A DNA stretch of 64,000 bases from Vicugna vicugna (taxonomy: Eukaryota): positions 8,045,627-8,109,626 of the forward strand of contig MU058423.1 in assembly GCA_013265495.1 (NCBI GenBank), written 5' to 3'. A program made the translations under genes and the position numbers. Under the pieces are notes generated by a model. It made no database searches. It was given only the letters and a program-made list of their open reading frames with translations, and was not told the DNA's origin. Shown here piece after piece: positions 24,691 to 38,560 of this stretch. How positions within the stretch are numbered: the stretch's first letter is position 1; the number at the start of each line of letters is the position of its first letter.

Positions 24691-27258
24691 TCATACCTAC
24701 ATCTGATGATTAACTTTAAGATATGACTCTAGATAACGTGGTGTACTTACCAAATCTCTAAATTGAACTAAATTGTTGAATTTGCTCTCATTTTCAGGAC
24801 TCTGACTGTCATAAAGTAAAAGTGACTAAGCCTCTAAAATAAAGAATGTAATTTATGATATGATCAAATTTCCTCTGCAAGAAAAATAATCACTTTTAAA
24901 AGCATTGTTGGGGAGAACCTGATGATGGGCATGTGAATATTTAGGTCTTTAAGCTGACAACCTTATACAACCTTATACAGAAATCCCCTTATGAACTCCT
25001 TCAGACCTTCTCTCTGCATCACTTAATACAATCTTAAATTATTTCTCATTTTCATGTATGAGATGTGTATCTAATTAAGTTAGAAGCTTATGCTCCTTTA
25101 TATCCTCTCCATAGTATAACACATGTTTTTCTCACAACAATGGCTCAATAAATATTTTCCAGTATACAAATCACTTCCTCTTGGAGAAATGTCTTCCTCA
25201 TCTTCAGTTTTTTATAGTTTATTCATTCTCCCTGTGCCATTAATCAACAACGCCTGCATATGGCTTCTCTGCCACCTCCTCGGTCCTCTGAGAGCATCTC
25301 ACCCTCACCAATTTCAACTCTTTTCTCTTTAGCATTGTAGTTCCTGGGCCAGAGTGGCAAGGCAATTGGTCCCTCCAACACTAATAGAACTTCATGTCCC
25401 ATATTCTAAAAGTGGACATCCTAACGGACAAAGAGAATCTTAATGTTTTACTCCCCTGGGTAAACACTGAAATCCCTTTGTAGATGTTGAATATTTTATT
25501 CTCCTGTACAAATTCTATAACCCTTTAAAAGTTCCTTAATGTTTTACTGGACAACAATGGTGACCACATGACTTTTCAAATGCTATATTTCAAATCTGGA
25601 ATTTCTGTAATTTTTTTTCAAATAGCTCAAAGCTCACTAAGGAATGACAGAATCCACCTTCCTTCTGCTACTGACCATTTACCATATCTCAGCTCCCCAA
25701 CCCAAGTGTATGAAGCACCTCCCTTCCTGCAGCCCATGAGACAAATCTGGAGGAGGGCCATTCATACTTAAGTGTAAAAGGAAGCCTGAAATTCTGATGT
25801 GTTTAAGAAGCAGTGTGTGACATCCTGCAGAGCCTGGCTAGTGGGTACTCCATTCCTTCCTTCCTTCTTGCAATGCATTTCTATCAACAGCATAATCTTT
25901 TAAAACTTTGTGGTGTTTTTCACAATATCTCATTTTCCCTACTGAACTATAAACTCCTAGGCCAGTGCTAATAACCTCCACAGGGCGTTTGGAAAAGATT
26001 TGTTTAATAAATTATTGCATGCACTTAATTAACAAACAAATCAATGAATGAATAAATGAATAAATGCTTTGATGGCTAATATTTGACTTGGAAGGCAGTC
26101 TCATTTGGGCCAAATTTTTTTAAACTTTCAATACACACTGATTTGCATTAGAAAGCCTCCTTTGTGCAAACACTCCAGAGCAACCGTGCAAAGTCACTTT
26201 GAAGGTAAATGCCATCAAATATTAATACGATAAGCCAAGGGAAATAAGCTTGTAGTTTATTCCAGATAAAAAGAGCACTTTTTTTCCCCTGAAGTATGAC
26301 TACGTATGGGAATTTAAAGCTCCCTTCTAGATGCCAGATCTAGGTATGTGGGCAGCAAAGCTGACTAGGAAAAGCCGAGTGAATGGTGCACACTGGTAGG
26401 ATTAAATGAGTGAAAAACCACTGATATGGTGAACAAGAACTTTAGAAAATGCTGCTATTTTTCTCATTAGATTTTCTTCCCAGAATATACTCATATCCAT
26501 GTCTAATCTAAGGGAGAAATAAATAGAAGGTTATATTTTAACAATCCTTCAATCACACTGTAACTTTCTAAAATAACTAAAATGGTCCAGGGTCTCTATT
26601 CTAGTCTAGAAAGGCTTCACATATTCTGATCAAAGAAGAAACAGAAGGGGTGTCCTGGCCTGGCAGAGCAACAGCAGACCTGGCTGGAAATGGAAGAAAA
26701 GAGGTCCCACAAGGTCCCCACTCACATGAGAGTTTCCAGTGAATCGTGAAATGTGTTCTATTGGCTCAAGAAACTAAGCACTGAGGAAAGAGCCAATCAG
26801 TCATGGAACAAGAGCTGTGTGCCCTAGATCCTCCCGACAGCACGGTCCTGCTGTGTGCAGGGAGACAGCACCAGCTCCAGGGCTGGTCTTACATCGCGGA
26901 CTACGTGTGGCAGGGACAAAAGCACTGGATGAAGTGTGAGAAGAGCTGGATTCTAATTCTAACTCTGCACTTTATCAGCCAGTTGACCTCAGCCAAATCA
27001 TTCACTTCTCTGAGCCTTAGCTCACTTCCCTGGAGGGGAAGCCAGTAATGCGCTGCTCTATCAAAGGAAAAGGCTTGTGTCAAAGTCAACTCTAGACTTA
27101 TTGAAGGGCAGGACATATTCTGATTTTACAGGGCCACAGGAACACTTGCCATCAAATTATTCCTCTGTAACATAGAAATGCAAAGTAGCATTTCTATTCC
27201 CCAGAAAGAAAAATGAAACAAAACACAAATTCAGCAATTAAAAAATCAGATATTCTGA

Positions 27259-28424
27259 TATTTTGTAATTCAGGAACTTTTATAAATCAGAAACTTATAA
27301 GCTTTTGCACAGCAAAGGAAATCATAAGCAAAATAAAAAGACAACCTATGGAATGGGAGAAAATATTTGCAAAAGATGAGACTGACAAGGGCTTAATTTC
27401 CAGAATATATAAATGCTCATATAACTTTAATAACAAAAAACAACAACCCAATCCAAAAATGGGTAGAAGACCTAAACAAGCATTTCTCCAAGGAAGACAT
27501 ACAAATGGCCAATAGGCACATGAAAAAATGCTAAGTATTGGTAATTATCAGAGAAATGCAAATCAAAACTACAATGAGGTACCATCACCTCACACCGGTC
27601 AGAACTGCCATCATTGAAAAGTCCACAGAAGGTAAATGCTGGAGAGGGTATGGAGAAAAGGAAATTCTCCTACACTGTTGGTGGGAATGCAGTTTGGTGT
27701 AGCTGGTTATGCAAAACAGCATGGAGATTCCTCAAAAGACTAAAAATAGACTTACCATATTATCCAGCAATCCCACTTTGGGGCATATATCCAGAGGGAA
27801 TCATAATTCAAAAAGATACATACATCTCAATGTTCATAGCAGCACTATTTACAATAGCTAAGACATAGAAACAAACTAAATGTCCATCGACAGATGATTG
27901 GATAAAGAAGTTGTGGCATATTTATACTACGGAATACTACTCAGCCATAAAAAAGAATAAAATAAGGCCATTTGCGGTAACTTGGATGGATCTGGAGATT
28001 GTCATTCTAAGTGAAGTAAGCCACAAAGAGAAAGAAAAATATCATATAAAATCACTTATATCTAGAATCTGAAAAATAAAAGACAAACATATTTAGAAAA
28101 TAGAAACAGACTCACAGACATAGAAAACAAACTTATCGTTACCAGGAGGGTAAGAGGGTGAAAAGGGATAAACTGGGAGTTTGAGATCTGCAGATACTAA
28201 CTAACATATATAAAAACAGATAACAAGTTCATACTGTATAGCACAGGGAACTACATTCAATATGTTGTAGTAACTTATGGTGAAAAAGAATATGAAAATG
28301 AATATATGTATGTCCATGTATGACTGAAGCATTGTGCTGTACACCAGAAATTGATACAACATGGCAAACTATACTTCAATAAAAATACATATGTACCAAA
28401 TTTTTAACAAAATTACAGTAGGCA
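27259..28424 (+). mobile_element. 5'-truncated lineage-specific LINE-1 with 19-bp TSD
   Basis: Frameshifted ORF2 C-terminus ([36 protein letters not shown]) plus 3'UTR. TSD aaaaaatcagatattctga (27240-27258) / aaaaaatcggatattctga (28425-28443). Confidence 0.93.
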
Positions 28425-28739
28425 AAAAAATCGGATATTCTGAGGATAACTGCCTTAAAAATTCATTGGCTAATCAATGGGTTAATATAGAGAGAGAACT
28501 CCATTAATGCACGTATTTATTTATTTTTAAATTTGATATCTGGTAATTATTTATTTCCATATGTCAGAAATAGGCTGGAGACCTTGATATGCCTTTGCTT
28601 TTGTGCCAGGTGGTAGGCCCTGCCCACCTGCAGCACATGTGGAAGCCACAGTGACACGGCTGTACCACTTGCTTCTCTTTTCCTCTGAATTTGTACACGT
28701 GTGCATGTGTATGAATGTATTTGTGTTTCTGTATATATG

Positions 28740-29651
28740 TATACACACAACATATAAATCATATACAAAGAATGTTTGTAACTACTGATGCATGCAAAGG
28801 TAAATAACGCCTGTGTAAATATCGGAGGATATTAACAGAAAAAATAAATAAACTCAGCTCCAACTAGGACACCTTTAAATGTCTATCGGCTTCTTCCCAA
28901 ATCCAGTTGCCTGTTTCCACTCCTACTGATTCGCTGCTGTAAATATTGTGTTTATCACTTCAATGATTTTTAAAATTTTCATCACACCTATGGGCATTTG
29001 ATGTATATTTTAGATTTCTTGTTTTGGAGTTTTATTAAAATCATATCATCCTGCATATTGCTTCTCATAATTTTTTTTCTTCCATAAAATATGTTTCTAT
29101 GATTCATCCATCTTTTCCAAGTAGGCGTCATTCATTCTCACTGCTGGACAGTACTCCATGGTGGAGGACACCACACTGTATTTAATTGCTACCCTCTAAC
29201 TGGACATTGTAGCTATTTCTACGTTTTGCTGTTGTAATCAACTAACAGCACTGCTATCAGCATTCTCGCCTGTGTCCCTTAGGGCACAGAGGCACATACC
29301 TAGGAGGGGAATTTCTGGATCATAGATTCCATGCATCTTCAACTGTCAAGAAAATATTAGATTGTTTGCAAATGTGTGGTTCCACTTTATACTCACTAAC
29401 AATGTATGAGCGTTCTCATTGCTCCACATCTTTACCAAGACTGACATTGTCAAAGTTCTATTTTTTTCTAAAGTTTTCTTGTTTTGCCTTTTACATTTCA
29501 TTACATTTTCTTTCACCCTGATATATAAAAATGCAACTGCATTTTAAAAATGGATCTTATTATATCTAGCCACCTAGCCAAAATCTCTAGTAATCCTAAT
29601 ATATTATGTAGATAATTATATCACTCTGTAATTACTGTGCATGTTCCTTTC
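28740..29651 (-). mobile_element. Old L1M 3' region, antisense
   Basis: 'catacctaggaggggaatttctggatcatag...ttatactcactaacaatgtatgagcgttctcattgctccacatctttacc'. Confidence 0.75.
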
Positions 29652-30122
29652 TGTCATGGGCTGAATAATGGCCCCCCCCCAAAGATGTCAATATCCACAT
29701 CCCCAGAACATAGCACTATGACATCTTCCATTGTAAGAGGGACTTTTCAGATGTGATTCAGTGAACGATGTTGAAGTGGGGAGATTACCCTGAATTATCT
29801 CAGTGGGCCCAAATAATCACCAATATCCTTGTAAGAGTGCAGAAGAAGATTGAATTATAGTAGTAGATGTAACAAAGAAAGCACGAGATTGTAGGGGGTT
29901 CTTAAAGCAGTGAATGCAGGCCTCTAGACGCAGAGAAAGATAAGGAAACAGAATCTCTCCTCAGAGCCTCCAGAAGGAAGCAGCCTCCAACACCTTGACC
30001 CTGGCCAGCTGAGACTGATCTTGGACTTCTGACCTAGAGAATTATAAGGTAATAAACTATTGTTGTTTTAAGCTTACCAAATTTGTGGTAATTTGCTAAA
30101 GTAGCGGTAAGAAAACAATATA
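29652..30122 (+). mobile_element. MaLR solo LTR (MLT1D-like)
   Basis: Homologous to 11431-11900; TSD ctttc/ccttc. Confidence 0.88.
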
Positions 30123-32379
30123 CCTTCCAACCTTTGTAATTTCTTTTTCTTCCCTTAATGTTTTGGCTAGAAATTCTGGTCAAATACTTTGTTCTGACTA
30201 CATGCTTTTCTAACAGATTCTTAAATATAATGGGAAGAAAATTTTATAATACTTGAGACAGTTTTCAGATTTACTAACCATTGGATATTTCCAAATAAAG
30301 ATCCCAATTCTTTTCTAAAGTCTATAATTAAGCCTGGAACGTGTACTTTCAAATATTGCAGGCACACTTCCTTTAATGATGGCCTCCTACATCTCATGTG
30401 TATAATAATGATCTGATCCACATATATTCTTTATTTTTGTGTGGTTGATTGATTGATATATTCTCTATCTCCTTAAAGGACTGAGGTATCAAAATTGTTA
30501 GAATAAGAAGATTAAAAATAACAATCAGAGAGCATAGCATTCTAAGGAGGGGAGAAAATAGATGTACCAGGTGTCTGAAGTGAGCGGCGAGCACAGTGGG
30601 AACTCTGAAAACATTGTTACTTTGGAAAACTTAATTTGCAAGTTAGAGACCAACCTGCCCATCAGCCAACTATGAGAGTATCTTTCTAGGTGTATAAATA
30701 GTCATAATTATTAACAATATGGCATCATGAAAAGTGGGAGTCAATGGCAATTGACACCACAGTCAGTGCAATTTGGAAATTTTTCATCAAAATATAGCCT
30801 TTGTCATTTTATTTATAGTGTAATTTTAATATGTAAACCTGATCATTTTTCCATTGAATACAGAGCTTAAATTAATATTAAACATGATTTAACAGACAGA
30901 TACAGAAAAAAGCTATAGGTCACTTTTGCACATTTTACGATTTTTTACACTATAATTCTTACCATCTTCCTAAAGGAAAATATTGTATATTGTTTTTTCC
31001 ATGATTGAGACAAATGCATTGAATCTACTGATTCACTCCAGTAAGAACTGAACAATCAGTGCACTGTAAATGCTTATGTACAGAAGTTCTCTGAAAAAAA
31101 CAGTAAAATTAAAAAGAAGGGGCAGCTAAACTGCCCACTTCCTAAGTAAGGACTAAAATAATCATGCAACTATAAACTTGAATTATAAGAAAGAGCATCC
31201 TAAAAAGACTGCTTTGTGTTCCCTAAGATCTGGGTAGATTTAACATTAAGTTCCAGATTTCCTGAAATCCCTGTTTCCTTTCTTAGTCTAGTCTTGTGTG
31301 ATTAAAAACTTGACTTCTTGGGTTTTTATCACAGTTAATTTCGCTCATACGTATTTTGGAGGTTCACACCCAAGGCAGCCAATAAGATTTCTTGCCTCAG
31401 GTTCAGGAATCTGCTTACCCCAGCTCCCAATCCATTACTTGCTCTTCTCATAAATTGTACCTTGTCTTTACAGATTTATTCCTGAAGAGCCAGCTCATTC
31501 CACTGGATTTCCTTCCATAAAGGAAAACATCAACACAAAGAAAATTTATTTCCCTCAGTGAGTATTTTTATGTATTGATCATGTGCTCTTTTCACCTTCT
31601 CACTCACAGCTAGTCCCCTCCCACACCAGCTTGTATGGCTGAGCTTAAAATCAAAATAGAGGAAAGGACACATAAAGGTCTCACTTTTAAATGTACCACT
31701 TATTCCTTGCTCAGGATTGCATGTAGAACCATCAGTGGGAGGAGTAAAGAAATCTTTCCATTAACCTGACATAGACTGATGAAAACACTCCCCAATTTGA
31801 ATGTTCTCCTAGGATCTGTTGGCTCAGTTTGACTTTTGAAGCCCCGGATCTGGTGGCCTAAGCAAAGTGGAAAATAGGAGGTAAAGATGTGAGTGCCTAG
31901 ACTGAGCAAATGCAGACCTTAAGAAAGAGTAATAATAGTAATAATAATAATAATAAATAATATCAAACAGTTCCTCATAATCTAATCTGAGCCAGACATT
32001 TAGGACATTTCATATACTTTGTATATTCTAATTCATGTGATCCTCATAACTCCATGAGTTAGGTACCAATAAAAAAATGGGGTACATAGAGATTAAGCCC
32101 AAAGTCATGAAACTATAAACTATGGTGCCTCTTAATAGTTTGTGAAGTTTTTTTTTATTATCCAGTTAGCTCACCAGGATAAGAGTCAAGATAGAGATTT
32201 AATATAGAACCCTAAGTGGAGGTTGACCACCAATTCCCCTAATCCTGGTGATGGTAGATGGAGCCCAAATGCAGAGTAGTGCTCTATACCCTAAGAAGAA
32301 CATAAGAGAAATACAATACATTTTTCCTACCCTCCAAAGTTTCATATTCTGAAGGTGAGCTTAGATATTCTCATAAACC

Positions 32380-32690
32380 AATTAAGTAGTAGTTCAACCC
32401 AATATTTGTTTATTCCACTCAATTCAATAAATATTTTATTGAGCCTACTGACTAAAGATGCCAAAAATCAGGATCTGCATTCAAAAAGAAGAAAGATGAA
32501 GGAGGTGTGGGATCTGTTTGAGGATCTCCAGATTCAGTGGGAAAAGCAGGCTTGTCAATCAACAATTAAAATTTCAATGCAGTCAATGCACTCAGGCACT
32601 AGGTGGTCAAGAAGATGTGACTAGCATTTCCTAAAAGATCAAGGAATACTTGTCAGGGAAGGTAATGCTTAAGCTAACTCTTACAGGATA
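32380..32690 (-). mobile_element. L2 3' fragment
   Basis: 'ttcaataaatattttattgagcctact' start followed by purine-rich body. Confidence 0.6.
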
Positions 32691-33149
32691 CACTTTAAAT
32701 ATTTCTATGAAAGAAACATTTCTCATTCAAAACCATAAATTTTCATCCCAAATAAAATCATTGACCATCTGTGGCATTTCCTTGGAACACAGTTGATACA
32801 CAAACCTGAAAGTGTAGCTCATTCATGGTACAATTTAACTTTATATGTTGTAAATCAGTTTAACTTAGAGCACGGCATTTGGAAAATCAATTTAGGCAAA
32901 GGCCAGCTGTCAGGACAATGGACACATGTATATTCACATGAGTACCTTTCTGCTGGTTAATACAATATGTCCATAAGTAAATCAACACCATTAATAAAGA
33001 GACTTCCCAAGTTTAATACATTGTAATATCTTATTTTTACACATTTAAAGAATCTAAGGATTGGAAATATATTATGGGTTCTTGTCAATATTTTTGAAAT
33101 AAAAACAAGATTCAATATTTTGACATATTCATCAGTAGTGGTCCACTTC

Positions 33150-33830
33150 AGATGCATTCAATCTTTCAGTGCATCCTCACTGAACAGCCACTCAGTGCCA
33201 GGCACTGTTCTGGGCATGGAGTACACAGAAGTTCACAAGGCAAGCAAGAATCTGGTTTCAGGAAGGCTACACTCTAACGGAGAAAGACTGACAATGATCA
33301 TGTAAGAAATGAACACATAGGCTACTTTTACATAAGAACTAGAAGATAAAGAAGTTCTATGAAGAAAGTAAATAAAACAGTAAACAAAACAGGATGGTGG
33401 GGGCTATAGAAGGGAGTTATTTCGGTAAAAATGGCCTCAAAAGCCTGGTCTGAAAATATGACACTTTTATCTATGATTAGAATGGTGGAAAAGGTACCAA
33501 TCACAAAATATATAGTAAAGAGAATTCCAGGCAGTAAAGGAACAGCAAATGTAAAGGCTCAGAGACAAAGGGGAACCTGGAGCACTCGAGCAACAGAAGG
33601 AAAACCAGAGTGACCAGAGGAATAGTGGGAAAGAATGAACGTGGTCAGAGGGGAGACCAGGGAAGACAGCTATAGACAGATCAGAGAGGGTTTCAGACAA
33701 TAAGGTAAGAAGTTTGGATGCCCTTCCAATTGGCACGGAAAGCCATTGGAGTGGTATAAGCAAAGTAATGATGTGATTAGATTTAAACTTAAAAAAAAAA
33801 AGAGTTGTTCTAGCTACTGAGATACTATGG
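33150..33830 (-). mobile_element. L2 fragment
   Basis: 'gtgccaggcactgttctgggcatggag...ggaaagccattggag...gatgtgattagattta'. Confidence 0.8.
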
Positions 33831-35146
33831 ATTCAAGGACTCCATTGTGTTTGTCTAGCATTGTTTTGTTTGTTTTTTAAGATGGGATATGAAAGACTGA
33901 GAATGTCTATGAGTAGACAGGCTAAAATCAGAGGGGCTGGCCTCACGCAGGAGCAGGGGTATGTCTTCAAGTACAAGAGCAGGGATGGAAGAGCATGTGC
34001 ACACCTCGTCTCCCTCATGTTAAACTGGATGTTAATTGCAGAATTCTTCAGGATTAAGCGCCAGTTTAGAGTAATCTTATTTTAAAGAAGCCTTGCATGT
34101 AAATCAAAACTATACAGAGAACTGTTCATACCAGAGGAATTTACTTCTGCTATGCAATGAAGCTGTTGAGAGACAAAGACAAAATATGTTCAGAAGAGAG
34201 ATCACCTGGGATCAATGTCTTCATTCCAGAAATCATATATTCCACAATGACTTGCAAATCTAGTGGTGTAAAATGTGCTCATGGAGAAGTCACTTTCCAT
34301 TGTAAAATGCTGATTTGGATCCACTGTACAAACTTGCATTATCCCGATACTCCTAGAGTGTTACATTTTGAATGTGCACTGTTGTAACATCCTTTATTTG
34401 ACTAATCACTTGAGGGGCTGTAAGAGCCATCCAGTTAAAGATTGCTCAAATTTACAAACCACTGCATTTGGGAAAAATTCATCAGCTCACTATTGAGAGC
34501 TGTTGAACTAATTGCCCATGATGTGGGTCAAAAGTCTTTTGAGTACCTAATACCATGTAGGCAAAGTAGTGCAGATGCAGGTGGCTGGGGAGAAAAATGT
34601 TACAAAGTTAAAGTTTTACAATCTGAGTTTATTATTCAGGTTTTACAAAATTTTAGGCATTAAATTGCAGATTGAGAGGGATGTGTGGCTGATAATGAAC
34701 ATGAAAATTATATGACTATTTCAAAATCAGAAGCCCTCTTTCTTGCCAACCAGGTTTTGATTTTGTTAGAAAATCAGGCTGACTAAATATTTAAAGACTG
34801 AACTTTTTATGTCAATTGTTGGGTCTTTATTGTCACATTAGTTAAAGCCAATACAACATAACTCCTAGGTTAAGAACAAAAACTTTCTAATTTCAAAAGC
34901 CTTTCTGTAAACCTTCCCTGTTGATTTCACCCCAGGTAGATTGCTTCAGGCTGCCCGTGAGGATCCTAACAGGACAAGTCATAAGCAATTAAAAGGCAGG
35001 ATGGGCTTCTTTCAGCAGCTCCTGACTTTCATTTTTCATTAAAGAAAGTATTCCAAAATCAAAACTGTTTCAATATTCCCCATCTGACTCTAGGAGTGCC
35101 GAATTGTACTGAAGCCATCACACTGAGAGAGGGATGTGAAAGTGGA

Positions 35147-35153
35147 AGATAGT

Positions 35154-35192
<39 letters not shown>

Positions 35193-35219
35193 ATTGATTG
35201 ATTGATTGATTGATTGATT
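35147..35219. repeat. Compound tetranucleotide STR (AGAT)n(ATTG)n
   Basis: Direct reading. Confidence 0.97.
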
Positions 35220-35324
35220 TATATAGTAAGGCAGATTCATCACAATAGACCAATCAGCAATCAGGAGCATGCAGAATGAGGAAAGAGAAAGACAGCTGAA
35301 CAGACCAGAGGCAGATAAGAAATA

Positions 35325-35720
35325 AGTTTAATTCACTTTGGTAAACATTTATTGAGCCATCAAGAGTCAGACATAGTTCAGAAATAGAAGCTGGGAAAAG
35401 GTGCGAGGCAAGGTAGCCGTGTAAGCATATGACATTAATGTAATGCTATGGTAAGGCTGTACACAGGATTCCATGGGTGCCCAAAGAAGGGGCACTTAAT
35501 TAAGTCTGGGGCACCACAGGATGTAAGAAAAGGTAAGGTACATTTTCTGAGCTGTACCTTAAAGGGATGGATAGGAGCTAGAGAGGTGAAATAGAAGAAG
35601 CTTTTAAGGTGAGGCAAAGCAGAGGTCCAAGGGCATGAAATATACCTTAAGAGGAAAGTACAAGCAGTAAGGCTAGACTGGTTAATGAACCAGATCACGG
35701 AGAGCCTTGTTGGCTAAGTC
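35325..35720 (-). mobile_element. L2 fragment
   Basis: 'aaacatttattgagc...ttctgagctgtaccttaaagggatggataggagct...ccagatcacggagagccttgt'. Confidence 0.7.
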
Positions 35721-37159
35721 TGAACTCTACCCAGTAGGTAATAGTAATTCCTTTCAGCACAGGAGTCAAATGATTTGAAGGGATCAAGACCAGGGACCAA
35801 GAAATCAGAGTGAATTAATACATGAGTATATGAAAAGGAAGGATCATAGAGACAGAAATAGTGTAAACTGAAATTTGCAGGATTTGGTATATAAATGGAA
35901 AAAGAGGTCATCCTATGGACAGAGAGGTGGGGCAGGAGAGAGGTCACTGCAAGAGATGTCACACCAACAGAAATATGTCATGATCAATAAGCCTGACAGG
36001 TAACTAGCTTTCATCCCTGGAAATTTTGACATCCTTTCTTTGCAAGCAGAAGTCCACGTGGAGATGATCCCAGAGGCCTGTGAACAGAGTCTAAAACAGA
36101 AAAGCAGTTTGTACCATTAGAAAACACCTAGGGCATTTTATTCATGGAAACATCAGAAAGTATATAAATGAAACGTATCTTGTTTCTGAGCATCTGAGAG
36201 AGAATCTGACATAAATATACTAGGATAACTGAAGCGTTGTCATAAACACATCTGTATCTATGGACTGCAGATAGAAATATGTAACCTTTCAGTGTAAAGT
36301 AGGTTTCTCTTTGTCCAGGTCAAACGGCATGAAGGCAAAGCTGCTAATCTCCGTGTTCAGCTTTTGCTATCGTCAAAGTCAGACTAAACACATTTGACAA
36401 CCTCAATTCCACTTTCTCCTCAGCAATGAAACTCTTCCTAGAAACTGTTCCGCTAACTTTTAGTTACTTTGAGGCAGCTAATTAATTAAAGCCATTTAGA
36501 AAATTATTAACTGGGAAAAGGAGTTTTCAGGGTCAGGATTTTGATGGTTGAGTGGTATTGGGAATTCTAATAACTGAATATATTGAATAAGCCATTTACT
36601 ATTGCCGTTCTGATATGATAAAACTCTATAAAGTGCAGCTTACAAATATCTGAGATCCCATTTATGGAAATCTTTCTGGGCTTCCAACACTGTGCCTGGA
36701 AGACAGAACTTAAATAGCAGAGCTTATTACATAATCCGAAATCTCCTACGTCTCTGGAAAGTTTTAAAGGATGTAGCTCTAACATATTTTTCAGCTGTCC
36801 TGGGTAGCAGAATAAGCTAAATCTTTTTTTTTAATTGTGAAATCTCTGCATCTATCACCAGGTTACACTGCTCACCAAGTTCTGCTCCTGTAGTTCTTAT
36901 AAAGCCAAATTCCTAGTAAGTAAAGAGACAACTACTCGAGTTACAGCAGTAAGATGGGCTCTCACAGAGGCTGAAATCAAATCCTTTTAATGCGCTTTCA
37001 ACTTGCTGGGAAGGAGATCTATTCCAAGCATAAACACAACCCTCCAGAGATAGTCTTTTTATGATGCTCTTAAATGTCTAATAGGTGTTCTGCATCAGCT
37101 GTGAACTTGTGAACCCAGCAGGGATGTAAGGGTATTTTTAAGTGTGGTGCCATAGTACA

Positions 37160-37217
37160 ACACACACACGCACGCACACGCACACACACGCATGCACACG
37201 CACACACACGTACATAT
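37160..37217. repeat. Alternating (CA)/(CG) microsatellite
   Basis: Direct reading. Confidence 0.9.
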
Positions 37218-38037
37218 CCGATGCAGGCATAGTTACTGCACTATCATTATTGTAAAAGCTACGTGTATAGTACCATTGGTCCTAAAAAAAGGGTTTTAAA
37301 ATTTACAATTGAAAAAATAACTATAAAATGGATTATAGTGATTCTACAAAACCAGAAGCTAGCCACATTAACACGAAAACATTGAGGAATTAGAAAGTAT
37401 GCTGTTTTGTACTGCTGAATTTTTCAGTTAGATGTTTATTTTATTGTGTTCATTTAAGACCCCTTCATAATAAATGTATTCCTCAGTATACATTCTTCAT
37501 AATGCTGATATTAAAAAAAAAATTCCAATTTTGAAGGTGCTGGTTGGAATCCTCTGTTAGGCCTTGGGGACTAGTGATTTCACAACTTCCCAACCAAGCG
37601 TTTAAATTCTCATGCTTAATAAAAGCAAATCTCTATTTATGTAGCAGATACGGTCTTGAAGATGTCTTTAAAGACAGAATTTCTAGATAATGACAATGTA
37701 GTAAGTAAATGGGGAATTGGCCAGTTAATTAATGTAAAACATAGAGTTAATCCTTTAATATGGGAAATCTTTCGGTAAAATTTTTAAAAAGATCCTTTAG
37801 TAGATCTGTTTTGTAAATTAAGATTTTGTGTATGAGATTTTCTTACACCGAGGCAGATTTGTTCACCTTAACTGCTGAGGAAGAAACAATTCTAACTGCA
37901 TGCGTTGGGACTTCGGTGAGATTGCTCAATCTTTTCAACACTGAGTGGGTTGCTTTAAAAAAATATAATCACTTCTTCCACGATGGCTGACTGGATTATT
38001 CCTGACATCCCTCCCTTTGGATACCTCAAGTATCCAC

Positions 38038-38560
38038 GTATCAGAAATCATTTTTAGCTGTAAACAACAGAACCCATTCCATCCAAGATATGCAGAAAAA
38101 TAATATATTAAAGGTTATGAGGTCACTCATAAAACATCAGGGAAGGTTGGAGATATCTGGCCTGCAGAATACACAGCCAGGAAGAAGAACCCAATCACAC
38201 AGATGGAACGCCCTGGTAAAGGCACCACGTTCACCACCACAGCCCGACAGTTCGTAGTGCCCACCCAGAGCATGGAGCTGTGCTCTCAGAACACTCGTGT
38301 GTGTGTGTGTGTGTGTGTGTGTGACTTCCGAACGCTCACTGTCTCTCCATCATTCTCACAAGAGTTAGTTCTCCATGTGTGACCTGTTCACCTCACTCTC
38401 TGATGAACTGAATCCCAAGTAGGTTCTCCCCAACCTGCATTCTCGCTCTAATGGGAAACAGGAAAGCATTTCTGTCTCCTGCCTTACAATGATCTACCAT
38501 AAGGTGAGAGATTTTAAGAGGAACGTTTAGAAGGAACTAGGAAGACCATAAAAGAGACAA
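38038..38560 (-). mobile_element. Old MaLR LTR (MLT1K-O-like) containing (GT)13 at 38297-38322
   Basis: 'gtatcagaaatcatttttagctgtaaacaacagaacccattcc...aatatattaaaggttatgaggtcactcat'. Confidence 0.55.
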
